A stretch of DNA of 64,000 bases, from the NCBI GenBank assembly GCA_034927475.1, contig JAYFPW010000002.1, positions 117,003 to 181,002 on the forward strand. The letters are read 5' to 3'. The position numbers and the translations under genes are program-made. Each line of letters opens with the position of its first letter. Positions within the stretch are counted from its first letter, which is position 1. Of the stretch, positions 38,013-47,130 are shown piece after piece. Origin of the DNA: Candidatus Elulimicrobiales bacterium. GTDB taxonomy: Bacteria > Patescibacteriota > Minisyncoccia > Phycocordibacterales > UBA5272. The notes beneath the pieces were generated by a model. The model was given only the letters and a program-made list of their open reading frames with translations, did not search any database and was not told the origin of the DNA.

Positions 38013-38085
38013 TTTCTTCTATTTTTTATTTTTTAATGAACTAATATGAATTTATATTTATATTTTATATTTATTTTAAAATAAA

Positions 38086-38105
38086 AAAGAGTCTTTAGAC
38101 TCTTT
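38086..38105 (-). terminator. Terminator after tRNA-Ala
   Basis: AAAGAGTC-TTTA-GACTCTTT. Confidence 0.65.
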
Positions 38106-38170
38106 AAAATATCAAAACCACTAAAATTAAAATACTATAAATATCGAAAAAAATCAAGAGTAAAAAATTG

Positions 38171-38243
38171 TGGACCCTAGCGGATTCGAACCGCTCACCT
38201 CCGGAGTGCAAAACCGGCGCTCTACCAAATGAGCTAAGGGCCC
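38171..38243 (-). tRNA. tRNA-Ala(TGC)
   Basis: Cloverleaf, TT-TGC-AC loop, G3:U70 pair; no encoded CCA. Confidence 0.94.
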
Positions 38244-38305
38244 AATTCAAAACGAAGATTATTATAGCATAAGAACCTAATTTTTAAAAGATTTAAAAAT
38301 CGTTT

Positions 38306-38382
38306 TGGAGGTGCGAGCGGGATTCGAACCCGCGAATGGCGGTTTTGCAAACCGCAGCGTTGAGCCACTTCGCCATCGCACC
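38306..38382 (-). tRNA. tRNA-Cys(GCA)
   Basis: GCGGT-TT-GCA-AA-ACCGC, U73 discriminator, encoded CCA. Confidence 0.94.
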
Positions 38383-38457
38383 AGTTGAAATATTTTAGCA
38401 TAAAAAATAGATATTTAAAATTTAAAAAAAATATGCTAAAATACTTTTACGCAAAAT

Positions 38458-38539
38458 GCTCGGGTGGTGGAATCGGTATACACGAAAGACTTAAAATCTT
38501 TTGCCTCACGGCTTGCGGGTTCAAGTCCCGCCCCGAGCA
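38458..38539 (+). tRNA. tRNA-Leu(TAA)
   Basis: AAAGA-CT-TAA-AA-TCTTT, variable arm GCCTCACGGC, A73; no encoded CCA. Confidence 0.94.
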
Positions 38540-38542
38540 CAT

Positions 38543-39364
38543 ATGAATATTATTCACTCAATAATTTTGGGGTTAGTTGAAGGTATAACTGAGTTTTTAC
38601 CAATCTCTTCAACCGGACACCTTATTCTAACTTCTTATTTACTAAAGCTCCCTAGCACTGAAGCTTTAAAAAGTTTTTTAATAGTTATACAACTTGGAGC
38701 AATTTTAGCTGTACTCGTTTTATATATTAAAGAATTATTTAATTTAGAAACTATTAAAAAATTAATTATTGCTTTTATACCAACAGGTCTAATAGGTCTA
38801 ACTTTATATAAATTAGTCAAAGGATATTTAATGGATAATATTTTGGTAGTAATAATCTCTTTACTCTTGGGAGGTATTGCTATGATTTTAATAGAAAGAA
38901 ATTATATTAAAAAAAACAAATATACCCATCCGGAATTTGATAAAAAACTAATAGATAATAAAAATAAAGATTTAAATATAAAAGAAATATCTTACAAAAA
39001 AGCTTTTTTCTTAGGCCTTTGGCAAAGTGTAGCCATGATTCCTGGAGTTTCTAGAAGCGGCGCTACTGTAATCGGTGGACTTTTAATGAATTTAAAAAGA
39101 GAAACAATAGTAAAATTTTCATTTCTTTTAGCAATACCTACAATGCTTGGAGCTTCAGTTTTAGATCTCTATAAAAGCTATCAGCATTTTTCTTCTGCTG
39201 ATATTTTAAATATTAGTATTGGATTTATTGTTTCATTTGTTTTTGCTTTAATTTTTATAAAATGGTTACTCTCTTATATTCAAAAACATAATTTCATTCC
39301 TTTCGGATGGTATAGAATTATCCTAGCTTTAGTTTTCTTTTTGGTATTTTTTATAATTTCATAA
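38543..39364 (+). CDS. uppP: Undecaprenyl-diphosphatase
   Basis: GLVEGITEFLPISSTGHL, IQLGAILAV, PGVSRSGAT, FSFLLAIP; true ATG at 38543 (track start lies inside the tRNA). Confidence 0.95.
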   Translation: MNIIHSIILGLVEGITEFLPISSTGHLILTSYLLKLPSTEALKSFLIVIQLGAILAVLVLYIKELFNLETIKKLIIAFIPTGLIGLTLYKLVKGYLMDNILVVIISLLLGGIAMILIERNYIKKNKYTHPEFDKKLIDNKNKDLNIKEISYKKAFFLGLWQSVAMIPGVSRSGATVIGGLLMNLKRETIVKFSFLLAIPTMLGASVLDLYKSYQHFSSADILNISIGFIVSFVFALIFIKWLLSYIQKHNFIPFGWYRIILALVFFLVFFIIS

Positions 39365-39577
39365 AATAAAAAACCCTGTGGCGACAGGTACTCGATGCGA
39401 CAACATTTATTCTACGAATTAATGTTGTGGATCTTTCGGTGTGGCCGACTAGGGTTTTAGGTTGCGCGTTGAGAGCTTTGGGCTTTTTTAGAATCAACAT
39501 TAACATTCAAATTTGAAAGTAATGTATTCCCCTCATATCCATATTACACGCTGATCTCTTTTAGAGAACTTTTGACT
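39365..39577 (-). ncRNA. Candidate ~210-nt two-domain structured RNA
   Basis: TTGCAA-17-TAGATT promoter (39584-39612), GC-enriched body, multi-stem domain, ~90-nt rod with AGUA/GAA internal loop, U tract. Confidence 0.6.
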
Positions 39578-39672
39578 GATTTAAATCTAGCATATCATTA
39601 TTTTTTTTGCAAGTTTTTTATTAAAGCTATTTTTTTCTATGTTATAATCTTAAAAAGAAATAGCTATTATTT

Positions 39673-42045
39673 ATGTATCTGAAATCTGTCAGCATGCAAG
39701 GTTTTAAGAGCTTTGCAAAAAAAATAAATATTGATTTAACTGCCCCAGTAACAGGTGTTGTTGGTCCAAATGGCTCAGGAAAATCCAATGTAGCAGAAGC
39801 TATACGTTTTGTACTTGGAGAACAAAGTATGAAAGGACTTCGCTCTAAAAGTGGAAGTGATTTAATTTTTAAAGGCTCTTCAAAATTATCCCCTTTGTCA
39901 CGCGCTAGTGTTTCAATGTATTTGGATAATAGCTCAAAAAAGATAGATGAAAAAATAATTAACTCTAATACTGAATCGAGTTCCGCTTTATCGAATTTTA
40001 TTACTTTAGATGAAATAATTTTAACTCGTGAAATTTATTCAGACGGCACTAGTGAATATTTAATAAATGATACAAAAGTTAGATTAAAAGATGTACAAGA
40101 ATTGTTGGCGATGGCAAATATTTCTGCAGCAGGACACACAATAGTTAATCAAGGAGAAGCAGACAGAATTCTTTTGTCTAATAATTTTGAAAGGAGAGAA
40201 ATGATCGAAGACGCTCTAGGGTTAAGAATATATCAAATGCGTATTAAAGAAGGAGAAAGAAAATTGGAAAAAGTAAAAATTCACCTTAATCAAATTGCGG
40301 GAATGAGAAGAGAAAATCTCCCCCACCTTAATTATCTTAAAAAACAAGTCAAAGAATTAGAAAAAAGAGAAGAAGAAATTGGTTTTATAGATGAAATGTT
40401 AAAAGTTTATCTTTATAAGGAAAATATCGAGATAGAAAGAAAGAAAAAAGAAATCCCGCAAAATGGTGTTGGTGGGCAAATTGATGCACTAGAAACAGAG
40501 CTTCACACTTTAGTTGATGCAAAAAGGGAAACGGAAAGAAGATTGTCTGAAGAACAAAATGATAATGAAAATCTAAACCTTGTCTCAAATGAATTAAAAC
40601 ATATAGAAGAAGAGCTTAAACGTTTTTCAGAAGAAAGAGAAAATGTTTATAAAGAAATTGTAAATTTAGAATTGGAAATAAAATTTTTAGAAAGAAAGCA
40701 AGAAGAAATTAAAAATCAAAAGAATATTTCAGAAGTGGTAGAAGATATAAAAAATTATTTTATAAATAGAGAAGAATTTCACGCTTTCGAAGGAAATCGT
40801 AACATTCTTTGGCAAAATATTTTTGAACTTTACAATTCTCAAAATTATTCTGAATTAAATTCGGAGCTACAAAAAGCAAATTCTGAAGAAAAAGATTTTT
40901 TCATAAAATTAAAAAATGAGACACAAGTAGAAGAATTTCCTAATTCCCCTATTCAGAATTTTTCAAATGAAATAAAAAATCTTGAAGATAAATTATTTGA
41001 AAAGAAAAATTCTTTAGAAATACTAGATACTAGAAAAAATGAAATTAGTACTAGAAGAGAAGAAAAAGTAAAAGAGCTAAATAATTTAGAAAAAGAAGCA
41101 AATGAAAATACTTATAAACTTGATAATAAGATCCTACAATTCAAATTAGATTTAGAAAAACTTTATTCTCAAAAAGAAAATATTCGAATGAAAGAAGAGA
41201 GTTTAAATACTCAGGAACAAAATTTTGAAACTCTTATTCAGGAAATGAGTAGTTTAATAGGAAATAAAGTTTTTGATTATAAAAACTTTAACGAAAATAA
41301 TATACCGCCTGAGGAGAAAGAGCTTTTCGATCTCTCACAAATTGACCTAGGAAGAAAATTAGAAAGAAGTAGAATTCGTATTGAAGAAAGCGGTGTAATC
41401 AATGCGAAAGATATTTTAGACGAATATAATCATCTCTCTGAAAGAGATAGCTTCTTAGCTGGAGAAATTGAAGATTTAGAAAATTCTCAAAATAATCTCG
41501 AGGCTTTAATTAAAGAATTAAAAGATACCCTTTTAAGTGACTTTAATATTGGTCTTCAAAAAATCAATGCAAATTTTAATAATTATTTCAACGAAATCTT
41601 TCCAGGTGGAAAAGCTTCACTCTCTTTGGAGAAAATCTCAAAACCAATTGTGGAAGGAATTAATTTGGAAGAAGCGGAAGAAGTTAAAGAACCAGGAATA
41701 GAAATCTCTATAAACTTACCAGAAAAGAAAATTAAAGATTTACAAATGCTTTCCGGCGGAGAAAGAGCACTCTCCTCTATTGCTTTAATTTTTGCCATGA
41801 GCTCTATTAATCATCCTCCTTTTATGGTGTTAGATGAGACAGATGCAGCTCTTGATGAATCTAACGCCAGAAAATATGGAAAAATGGTTAGACGTTTAGC
41901 TGAAAAATCTAAACTTCTTGTTATCACTCACAACAGAGAAACTATGAATCAATGTGATGTTTTATATGGGGTCACTATTGGCTCTGAAGGATCTTCCAAA
42001 CTTCTTTCTATTAAATTTGATCAAGCGACAGAATACGCGAAATAA
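39673..42045 (+). CDS. smc: Chromosome segregation protein Smc (short, no recognisable hinge)
   Basis: GFKSF, GPNGSGKSNV.EAIRFVLGEQS.K.LR, NQG, LSGGE, PPFMVLDETDAALDESN, VITH. Confidence 0.88.
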   Translation: MYLKSVSMQGFKSFAKKINIDLTAPVTGVVGPNGSGKSNVAEAIRFVLGEQSMKGLRSKSGSDLIFKGSSKLSPLSRASVSMYLDNSSKKIDEKIINSNTESSSALSNFITLDEIILTREIYSDGTSEYLINDTKVRLKDVQELLAMANISAAGHTIVNQGEADRILLSNNFERREMIEDALGLRIYQMRIKEGERKLEKVKIHLNQIAGMRRENLPHLNYLKKQVKELEKREEEIGFIDEMLKVYLYKENIEIERKKKEIPQNGVGGQIDALETELHTLVDAKRETERRLSEEQNDNENLNLVSNELKHIEEELKRFSEERENVYKEIVNLELEIKFLERKQEEIKNQKNISEVVEDIKNYFINREEFHAFEGNRNILWQNIFELYNSQNYSELNSELQKANSEEKDFFIKLKNETQVEEFPNSPIQNFSNEIKNLEDKLFEKKNSLEILDTRKNEISTRREEKVKELNNLEKEANENTYKLDNKILQFKLDLEKLYSQKENIRMKEESLNTQEQNFETLIQEMSSLIGNKVFDYKNFNENNIPPEEKELFDLSQIDLGRKLERSRIRIEESGVINAKDILDEYNHLSERDSFLAGEIEDLENSQNNLEALIKELKDTLLSDFNIGLQKINANFNNYFNEIFPGGKASLSLEKISKPIVEGINLEEAEEVKEPGIEISINLPEKKIKDLQMLSGGERALSSIALIFAMSSINHPPFMVLDETDAALDESNARKYGKMVRRLAEKSKLLVITHNRETMNQCDVLYGVTIGSEGSSKLLSIKFDQATEYAK

Positions 42046-42062
42046 AGGTATAATTTATATAC

Positions 42063-42347
42063 ATGAAAACAACAGCTTTAATATTAAATATAATAAATTC
42101 TATATTATTAACACCAATAATAATTATGTTTCTTTTAATGCCTGTTCTTAATATGATTCTAGGAATAATATTATTAGGTCTTATAATTATTTCCTGGATA
42201 AGCTATAAAAAACATTCTTATATTTTTCCTATTGTATTTTCTTCTTTAACAATACTTTCTTTTATTATTTTTTTTACGAATCTGTTATTTTTCTCTAATG
42301 ATTTATTACCTTATCCAAATAATGTAAAACTTAATCTTCCTAGATAA
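42063..42347 (+). CDS. 94-aa membrane protein (paralog of next ORF)
   Basis: Three TM; ISW..YKK..Y.F; ends LPR; GGTATAAT 8 nt before ATG. Confidence 0.65.
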   Translation: MKTTALILNIINSILLTPIIIMFLLMPVLNMILGIILLGLIIISWISYKKHSYIFPIVFSSLTILSFIIFFTNLLFFSNDLLPYPNNVKLNLPR

Positions 42348-42396
42348 AAATTTAATTAGATGAAAAAAATAAATAATGGAGGTATAATTTAAATAT

Positions 42397-42744
42397 ATGA
42401 AAAAAGCTTCTAAAATATTAAATGTCTTAGCTACTATTATTTTTATACTAATTTTAGTTATACTATTTTTTATTTCAATGAGTTCTACTGGTGGAACTTT
42501 TAGTTTTACACTAACCACCCTCTCCTTGTTATCTATTTTTAGTGTTTTGATTATTTACTCTTGGTTTATATATAAAAAAGGTAAATATAAATTTACAATG
42601 TTCCTTACTTCTATTTTACTACTCTTAATGATTTCATTAATACTTGATCAGTTTTTAACTCAGACACCCAGAAGTCCTCTTTTTGAATTATTCACTATAG
42701 TTCCCTTCAATGCGCCCATAACCATTCCAAGTCTACCGAGATAA
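42397..42744 (+). CDS. 115-aa membrane protein (paralog of previous ORF)
   Basis: Three TM; YSW..YKK..Y.F; ends LPR; GGTATAAT 8 nt before ATG. Confidence 0.65.
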   Translation: MKKASKILNVLATIIFILILVILFFISMSSTGGTFSFTLTTLSLLSIFSVLIIYSWFIYKKGKYKFTMFLTSILLLLMISLILDQFLTQTPRSPLFELFTIVPFNAPITIPSLPR

Positions 42745-42863
42745 ATAAAATTAAAATAATATTTTACAAAAAATTATTTCTAGTATATACTCGTGTGCTA
42801 TAATGACAAACATAATTTTAATTCTTATTTAATTGTGTTTTTATTTTAATCAAAAAATATTTT

Positions 42864-45080
42864 ATGAAATTATTAATCGTAGAATCTCCAAGTAAAGCAA
42901 AAACTATAGAAAAATATTTAGGTAAAGACTATACAGTCCGTGCTTCTGTTGGACATATTCGCGATTTACCAAAATCAAATAAAAAAGCTTTGGATATTGA
43001 AAATGGATTTATACCAAATTATGAAGTTGTTAAAGGAAAAGAAAAAGTAATTTCTGAAATAAAATCTTTATCAAAAAAAGCAGATGAAGTGATTTTAGCG
43101 ACTGACCCCGATCGTGAAGGAGAAGCTATTGCTTGGCATGTCAAAGAAGCTATTGGTCTCAAAAAACCAAAAAGAGCAGTTTTCAATGAAGTTACCAAAG
43201 AAGCAATTCTGGAAGCTCTAAAAAATCCTAGAGATATAGATATGGATCTCAAAGAAGCTCAAGAAGCTAGAAGAGTTCTGGACAGACTCGTAGGTTATGA
43301 ATTATCTGGAATTATTTGGAAAAAAGTTCGTTATGGACTTTCGGCTGGGCGCGTCCAATCCCCCGCACTTCGTATAATAATGGAGCGTGAAAGAGAGATT
43401 CGTAATTTTATTCCTGTAAAATATTTTAATATTGCCGCTGAACTTGAAACCGTTGGAAAATTAAAAGAATCTAAAAAATATAAATTAGTTTTTGATTGTG
43501 AACTCGAACCAGGATTAAAGCCTGAATTAAATTCTGTCGAAGCTGAAGAATTGGCTAAAAAAATTGTAAAAGAAGGAAAAGCTGGAACTTGGTATGTAAA
43601 AGACGTAAAAGAAACTAACGCTAAATCTTCCCCTAAACCTCCTTTTACCACTTCCACATTACAACAAACAGCTTCTAGTCGTCTTGGCTTTGCTCCGAAA
43701 AAGACAATGATGCTAGCTCAAAAGCTATACGAGAAAGGTTATATAACCTATATGCGTACAGATTCGACAAATCTCGCCTCTTCTGCTATCGCTGAAATCT
43801 CTTCTTTTGTTTCAAAAAAATATGGTAAAGATTATCTAGAAACCAGAGCTTACAAAACTAAATCAAAAAATGCTCAAGAGGCACACGAAGCTATTCGCCC
43901 AACCCATATTTCAACTTTAAACGCAGGCACAACTTCTGATGAAAAACGCCTTTATGCTTTAATATGGAATAGAACTGTAGCTTCCCAGATGTCAGATGCA
44001 AAACTTTTACGAACAAAAATAATAGCGAACATCAAAAATAAAAAAGATTATCCGGACTTCTTCATTAATGGCTCTATTGTACTTTTTGACGGTTGGTTAA
44101 AAGTTGATCCTGATGGAAAAGGAGAAGACATTTTACTTCCAAAACTAGAAGTAGAAGACTCTCTAACTTTAAATACTATTAATAGTATTTCCAAAGAAAC
44201 TTTACCACCTGGTAGATACAGTGAAGCTAGTCTTATTAAAGAATTAGAAAAAAGAGATATTGGGCGCCCTTCTACTTATGCCTCGATTGTTTCTACGATT
44301 GAAGATAGAGGTTATGTTGAAAAAATTAATAAAGCTTTGATTCCAACAGATACCGGTGAAGTTGTTTCAGATTTTTTGGAGCAAAACTTTGCTAAATATA
44401 TTTCAGATGATTTTACTTCTGAAATGGAAGATGACTTAGATAAAATCGCTGAAGGCAAATTAACTTACAAAAAACTTTTAACAGATTTTTATAAACCTTT
44501 TCAAAAAGAAATAAAAGAAAAAGATAAGTTAGAAAAAACAAATAATTTTGGAGAAGCGCCAAAAGATATTAAATGTCCAGTTTGTAATTCCAAAATGATT
44601 GTTAAACTTTCTCGTAGCGGAAAATTCTATTCTTGTTCAAAATTCCCTGATTGTTCTGGAGCTAGAACTTTAGAAGGAGAAATAATGGAAGGCCCAAAAG
44701 AAACTGGAAAAATTTGTCCAAAATGTGAAAAAGGAAAACTTATAGAAAGAACTGGTAGATATGGAAAGTTTATAGCTTGCGCAAATTATCCTAAATGTAA
44801 ATATATTGAAGTTTCTGAGGAAGAAAAACAAAAGAAAAATACTGGTGTAAAGTGCAATAAATGTGATGACGGATATTTAGAAGAAAGAAGAGGTAGATTT
44901 GGAGTATTTTATTCTTGTTCAAATTATCCAGATTGTAAATTGGCTATTAAAGCAAAACCGACTGGCAATTATTGTAATATGTGTGGAGAGCTTATGATGG
45001 AAGGAACAAAAACTATTCCAGAAAGATGCTCTAGTAAAACCTGTCCAAATCATAATCCTCACAAATTGAATAAAAAATAA
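42864..45080 (+). CDS. topA: DNA topoisomerase I
   Basis: IVESPSKAKTI, ATDPDREGE, SAGRVQS, ITYMRTDS, C-terminal zinc ribbons. Confidence 0.97.
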   Translation: MKLLIVESPSKAKTIEKYLGKDYTVRASVGHIRDLPKSNKKALDIENGFIPNYEVVKGKEKVISEIKSLSKKADEVILATDPDREGEAIAWHVKEAIGLKKPKRAVFNEVTKEAILEALKNPRDIDMDLKEAQEARRVLDRLVGYELSGIIWKKVRYGLSAGRVQSPALRIIMEREREIRNFIPVKYFNIAAELETVGKLKESKKYKLVFDCELEPGLKPELNSVEAEELAKKIVKEGKAGTWYVKDVKETNAKSSPKPPFTTSTLQQTASSRLGFAPKKTMMLAQKLYEKGYITYMRTDSTNLASSAIAEISSFVSKKYGKDYLETRAYKTKSKNAQEAHEAIRPTHISTLNAGTTSDEKRLYALIWNRTVASQMSDAKLLRTKIIANIKNKKDYPDFFINGSIVLFDGWLKVDPDGKGEDILLPKLEVEDSLTLNTINSISKETLPPGRYSEASLIKELEKRDIGRPSTYASIVSTIEDRGYVEKINKALIPTDTGEVVSDFLEQNFAKYISDDFTSEMEDDLDKIAEGKLTYKKLLTDFYKPFQKEIKEKDKLEKTNNFGEAPKDIKCPVCNSKMIVKLSRSGKFYSCSKFPDCSGARTLEGEIMEGPKETGKICPKCEKGKLIERTGRYGKFIACANYPKCKYIEVSEEEKQKKNTGVKCNKCDDGYLEERRGRFGVFYSCSNYPDCKLAIKAKPTGNYCNMCGELMMEGTKTIPERCSSKTCPNHNPHKLNKK

Positions 45081-45084
45081 AAAA

Positions 45085-45109
45085 ATCGCCACTAACTCGT
45101 AGTGGCGAT
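45085..45109 (-). terminator. Terminator between convergent topA and orphan
   Basis: ATCGCCACTA-ACTCG-TAGTGGCGAT. Confidence 0.75.
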
Positions 45110-45124
45110 AAATCTTTATAAGAT

Positions 45125-45463
45125 TTATTTTTCTTTTGGTTTAAAAAAACCATTTACAGGAGCCTTGCCGTTACGCAGAAGAATACTATCACACTCTTTT
45201 GCTAATTTTTTACAATCTCCACTGACCATAAAAACTAACAACTCAGGAATATCAAGCAAAAATTTTTGCTGGCCTTTCCAGATAACAAAAAAAACATTTT
45301 GAAACTCTGTCTCCTTTTTAAAGGAGAGGCATCTCTTAATCCATTTTTTGTCATACGTTTGTAGGGTATGATCTCCCGGCTGACTGTTGTTTAAAACAAT
45401 ATCTCCAAAAACATTTGTTTCAGAGATCTCCTGTTCAGTTAATTTGTCTCTTGTAGTACACAT
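45125..45463 (-). CDS. 112-aa soluble orphan
   Basis: Own promoter TTGACA-17-TATATT (45518-45546) with GTTCTTTAAA at 45500-45509; terminator downstream. Confidence 0.7.
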   Translation of the reverse strand: MCTTRDKLTEQEISETNVFGDIVLNNSQPGDHTLQTYDKKWIKRCLSFKKETEFQNVFFVIWKGQQKFLLDIPELLVFMVSGDCKKLAKECDSILLRNGKAPVNGFFKPKEK

Positions 45464-45615
45464 TTTTAAAACTAGTTTTAGATGAACAAAAAAATTTTCT
45501 TTAAAGAACGTCTAAAAAATATAACAAAATAGGCCTTATTTGTCAAGCTTATTTTTAATACTTAATAATACATTCTAAATTCATAAAAATACCTTTTAAT
45601 GTTAAAATGGTTTCA

Positions 45616-47130
45616 ATGGAAGAAAATAAAGAAATATCTAATCCTCAAAAAGAAAAATATCTCTTAGAAGATATTTTTGAGGCTGTTCCTAAAGAAAAAG
45701 CTTTAGAAAAAGAAGACAAAATTTTGATAGAAAAAGCCTTTGAATTCGCTAAAAAAGCTCATGAAGGACATTTAAGAAAATCTGGTGAACCTTATTTTGT
45801 TCACTGTGTAGAGACAGCAAAAAATATAGCTAGACAAAATATGGATGTAAATACTATTGCTGCTGGACTACTTCACGACACTTTAGAGGATGTAGATGTT
45901 TCAGAAGAAATTTTAAAAGAAGAGTTTGGTGACGAAATTTTAACTTTAGTGCAAGGAGTTTCTAAACTTGGAACTATTAAATATAAAGGAGTTGAAAGAC
46001 ATGCTGAAAGTATGAGAAAATTCTTTGTTGCCTTAGCTGATGATATTCGAGTAGTGGTTATTAAACTTTGCGACAGACTTCATAATGTTTCTACATTGCA
46101 ATACATAGAAGAAGAAAAAAGAAAAAGATTAGCTATAGAAACTTTAGAAATTCACGCTCGCCTCGCCGATCGCATTGGTATGGGAAAATTAAAAGGAGAA
46201 TTAGAAGATGAAGCTTTTCCTTATGCTTATCCAGATGATTTTGAAAAAGTAAAAGAAATGTTTGATTCTGTAAGTACAGCTTCTGAAGATTATCTTTTAA
46301 AGATCTTAACCCGAGTTAAAGATGAATTATCAATCTTTGATATAAAATATTTAAAAATAGATCATCGATTAAAACATTTATATTCCCTTTATGAAAAACT
46401 TAAAAAACATAGCTGGGATATACAAAAGATTTATGATATTGCTGCCATGAGAATTATTGTAGAAGACGTCGGAACTTGTTATCAAGCTTTAGGAGTAATT
46501 CATGGGCTATATAGACCTGTTCCTGGGAGGTTTAAAGATTATATTGCTTTACCAAAACCAAACGGCTATCAATCTTTGCATACTACAGTTTTTGATGGTG
46601 AAGGTGGAACTTTTGAAGTGCAAATTAGAACTTTACAAATGCATGAAGAGGCAGAATATGGTATCGCTTCTCACTTAGCTTATAAAGAAGTTGGTGATTC
46701 AAAAAAAATAAAAAATAAGCAAGAAAAATCTAAAATGAGTAGTATAAATGAAAAAATAGCTTGGACAAAAGAACTTTTTCAACCGCAAGATATAGATTCA
46801 GAAAATAAAGATTTTATTAAAAATATTAAAGAAGAATTCTTTGATAAGACTTTATTCATTCATACACCCAAAGGTGATGTTATAGAAATGCCAGAAGGTT
46901 CTGGGGTTATAGATTTTGCTTATATGGTTCACTCTGATATTGGTAATCATATTTCCGGAGTTATGGTAAATGGAAAAATGGTTTCTTTAGATACAAAACT
47001 GAAAGACGGAAATATGGTAGAGATTATTACTAAAGAAGACGCAAAACCTGGCCATAAATGGTTAAATTACGCTTCCACTTCACTCGCAAAAAGACATATT
47101 AGAAATTATCTAAAAGAGCACAATTTATAA
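45616..47130 (+). CDS. RelA/SpoT-family (p)ppGpp synthetase/hydrolase, HD-SYNTH-TGS only
   Basis: RKSGEPYFVH, LLHDTLED, KLCDRLHN, RFKDYIA.PKPNGYQSLHT, EVQIRT, TPKGD; ends shortly after TGS. Confidence 0.9.
   Translation: MEENKEISNPQKEKYLLEDIFEAVPKEKALEKEDKILIEKAFEFAKKAHEGHLRKSGEPYFVHCVETAKNIARQNMDVNTIAAGLLHDTLEDVDVSEEILKEEFGDEILTLVQGVSKLGTIKYKGVERHAESMRKFFVALADDIRVVVIKLCDRLHNVSTLQYIEEEKRKRLAIETLEIHARLADRIGMGKLKGELEDEAFPYAYPDDFEKVKEMFDSVSTASEDYLLKILTRVKDELSIFDIKYLKIDHRLKHLYSLYEKLKKHSWDIQKIYDIAAMRIIVEDVGTCYQALGVIHGLYRPVPGRFKDYIALPKPNGYQSLHTTVFDGEGGTFEVQIRTLQMHEEAEYGIASHLAYKEVGDSKKIKNKQEKSKMSSINEKIAWTKELFQPQDIDSENKDFIKNIKEEFFDKTLFIHTPKGDVIEMPEGSGVIDFAYMVHSDIGNHISGVMVNGKMVSLDTKLKDGNMVEIITKEDAKPGHKWLNYASTSLAKRHIRNYLKEHNL

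Noticed and set aside
38501-38542. N-terminal extension of uppP
   Set aside because: Lies inside tRNA-Leu(TAA)
39355-39510. ~50-codon minus-strand frame through the 39.4-kb element
   Set aside because: Runs through the terminal hairpin and U tract into uppP; RNA structure explains the sequence better
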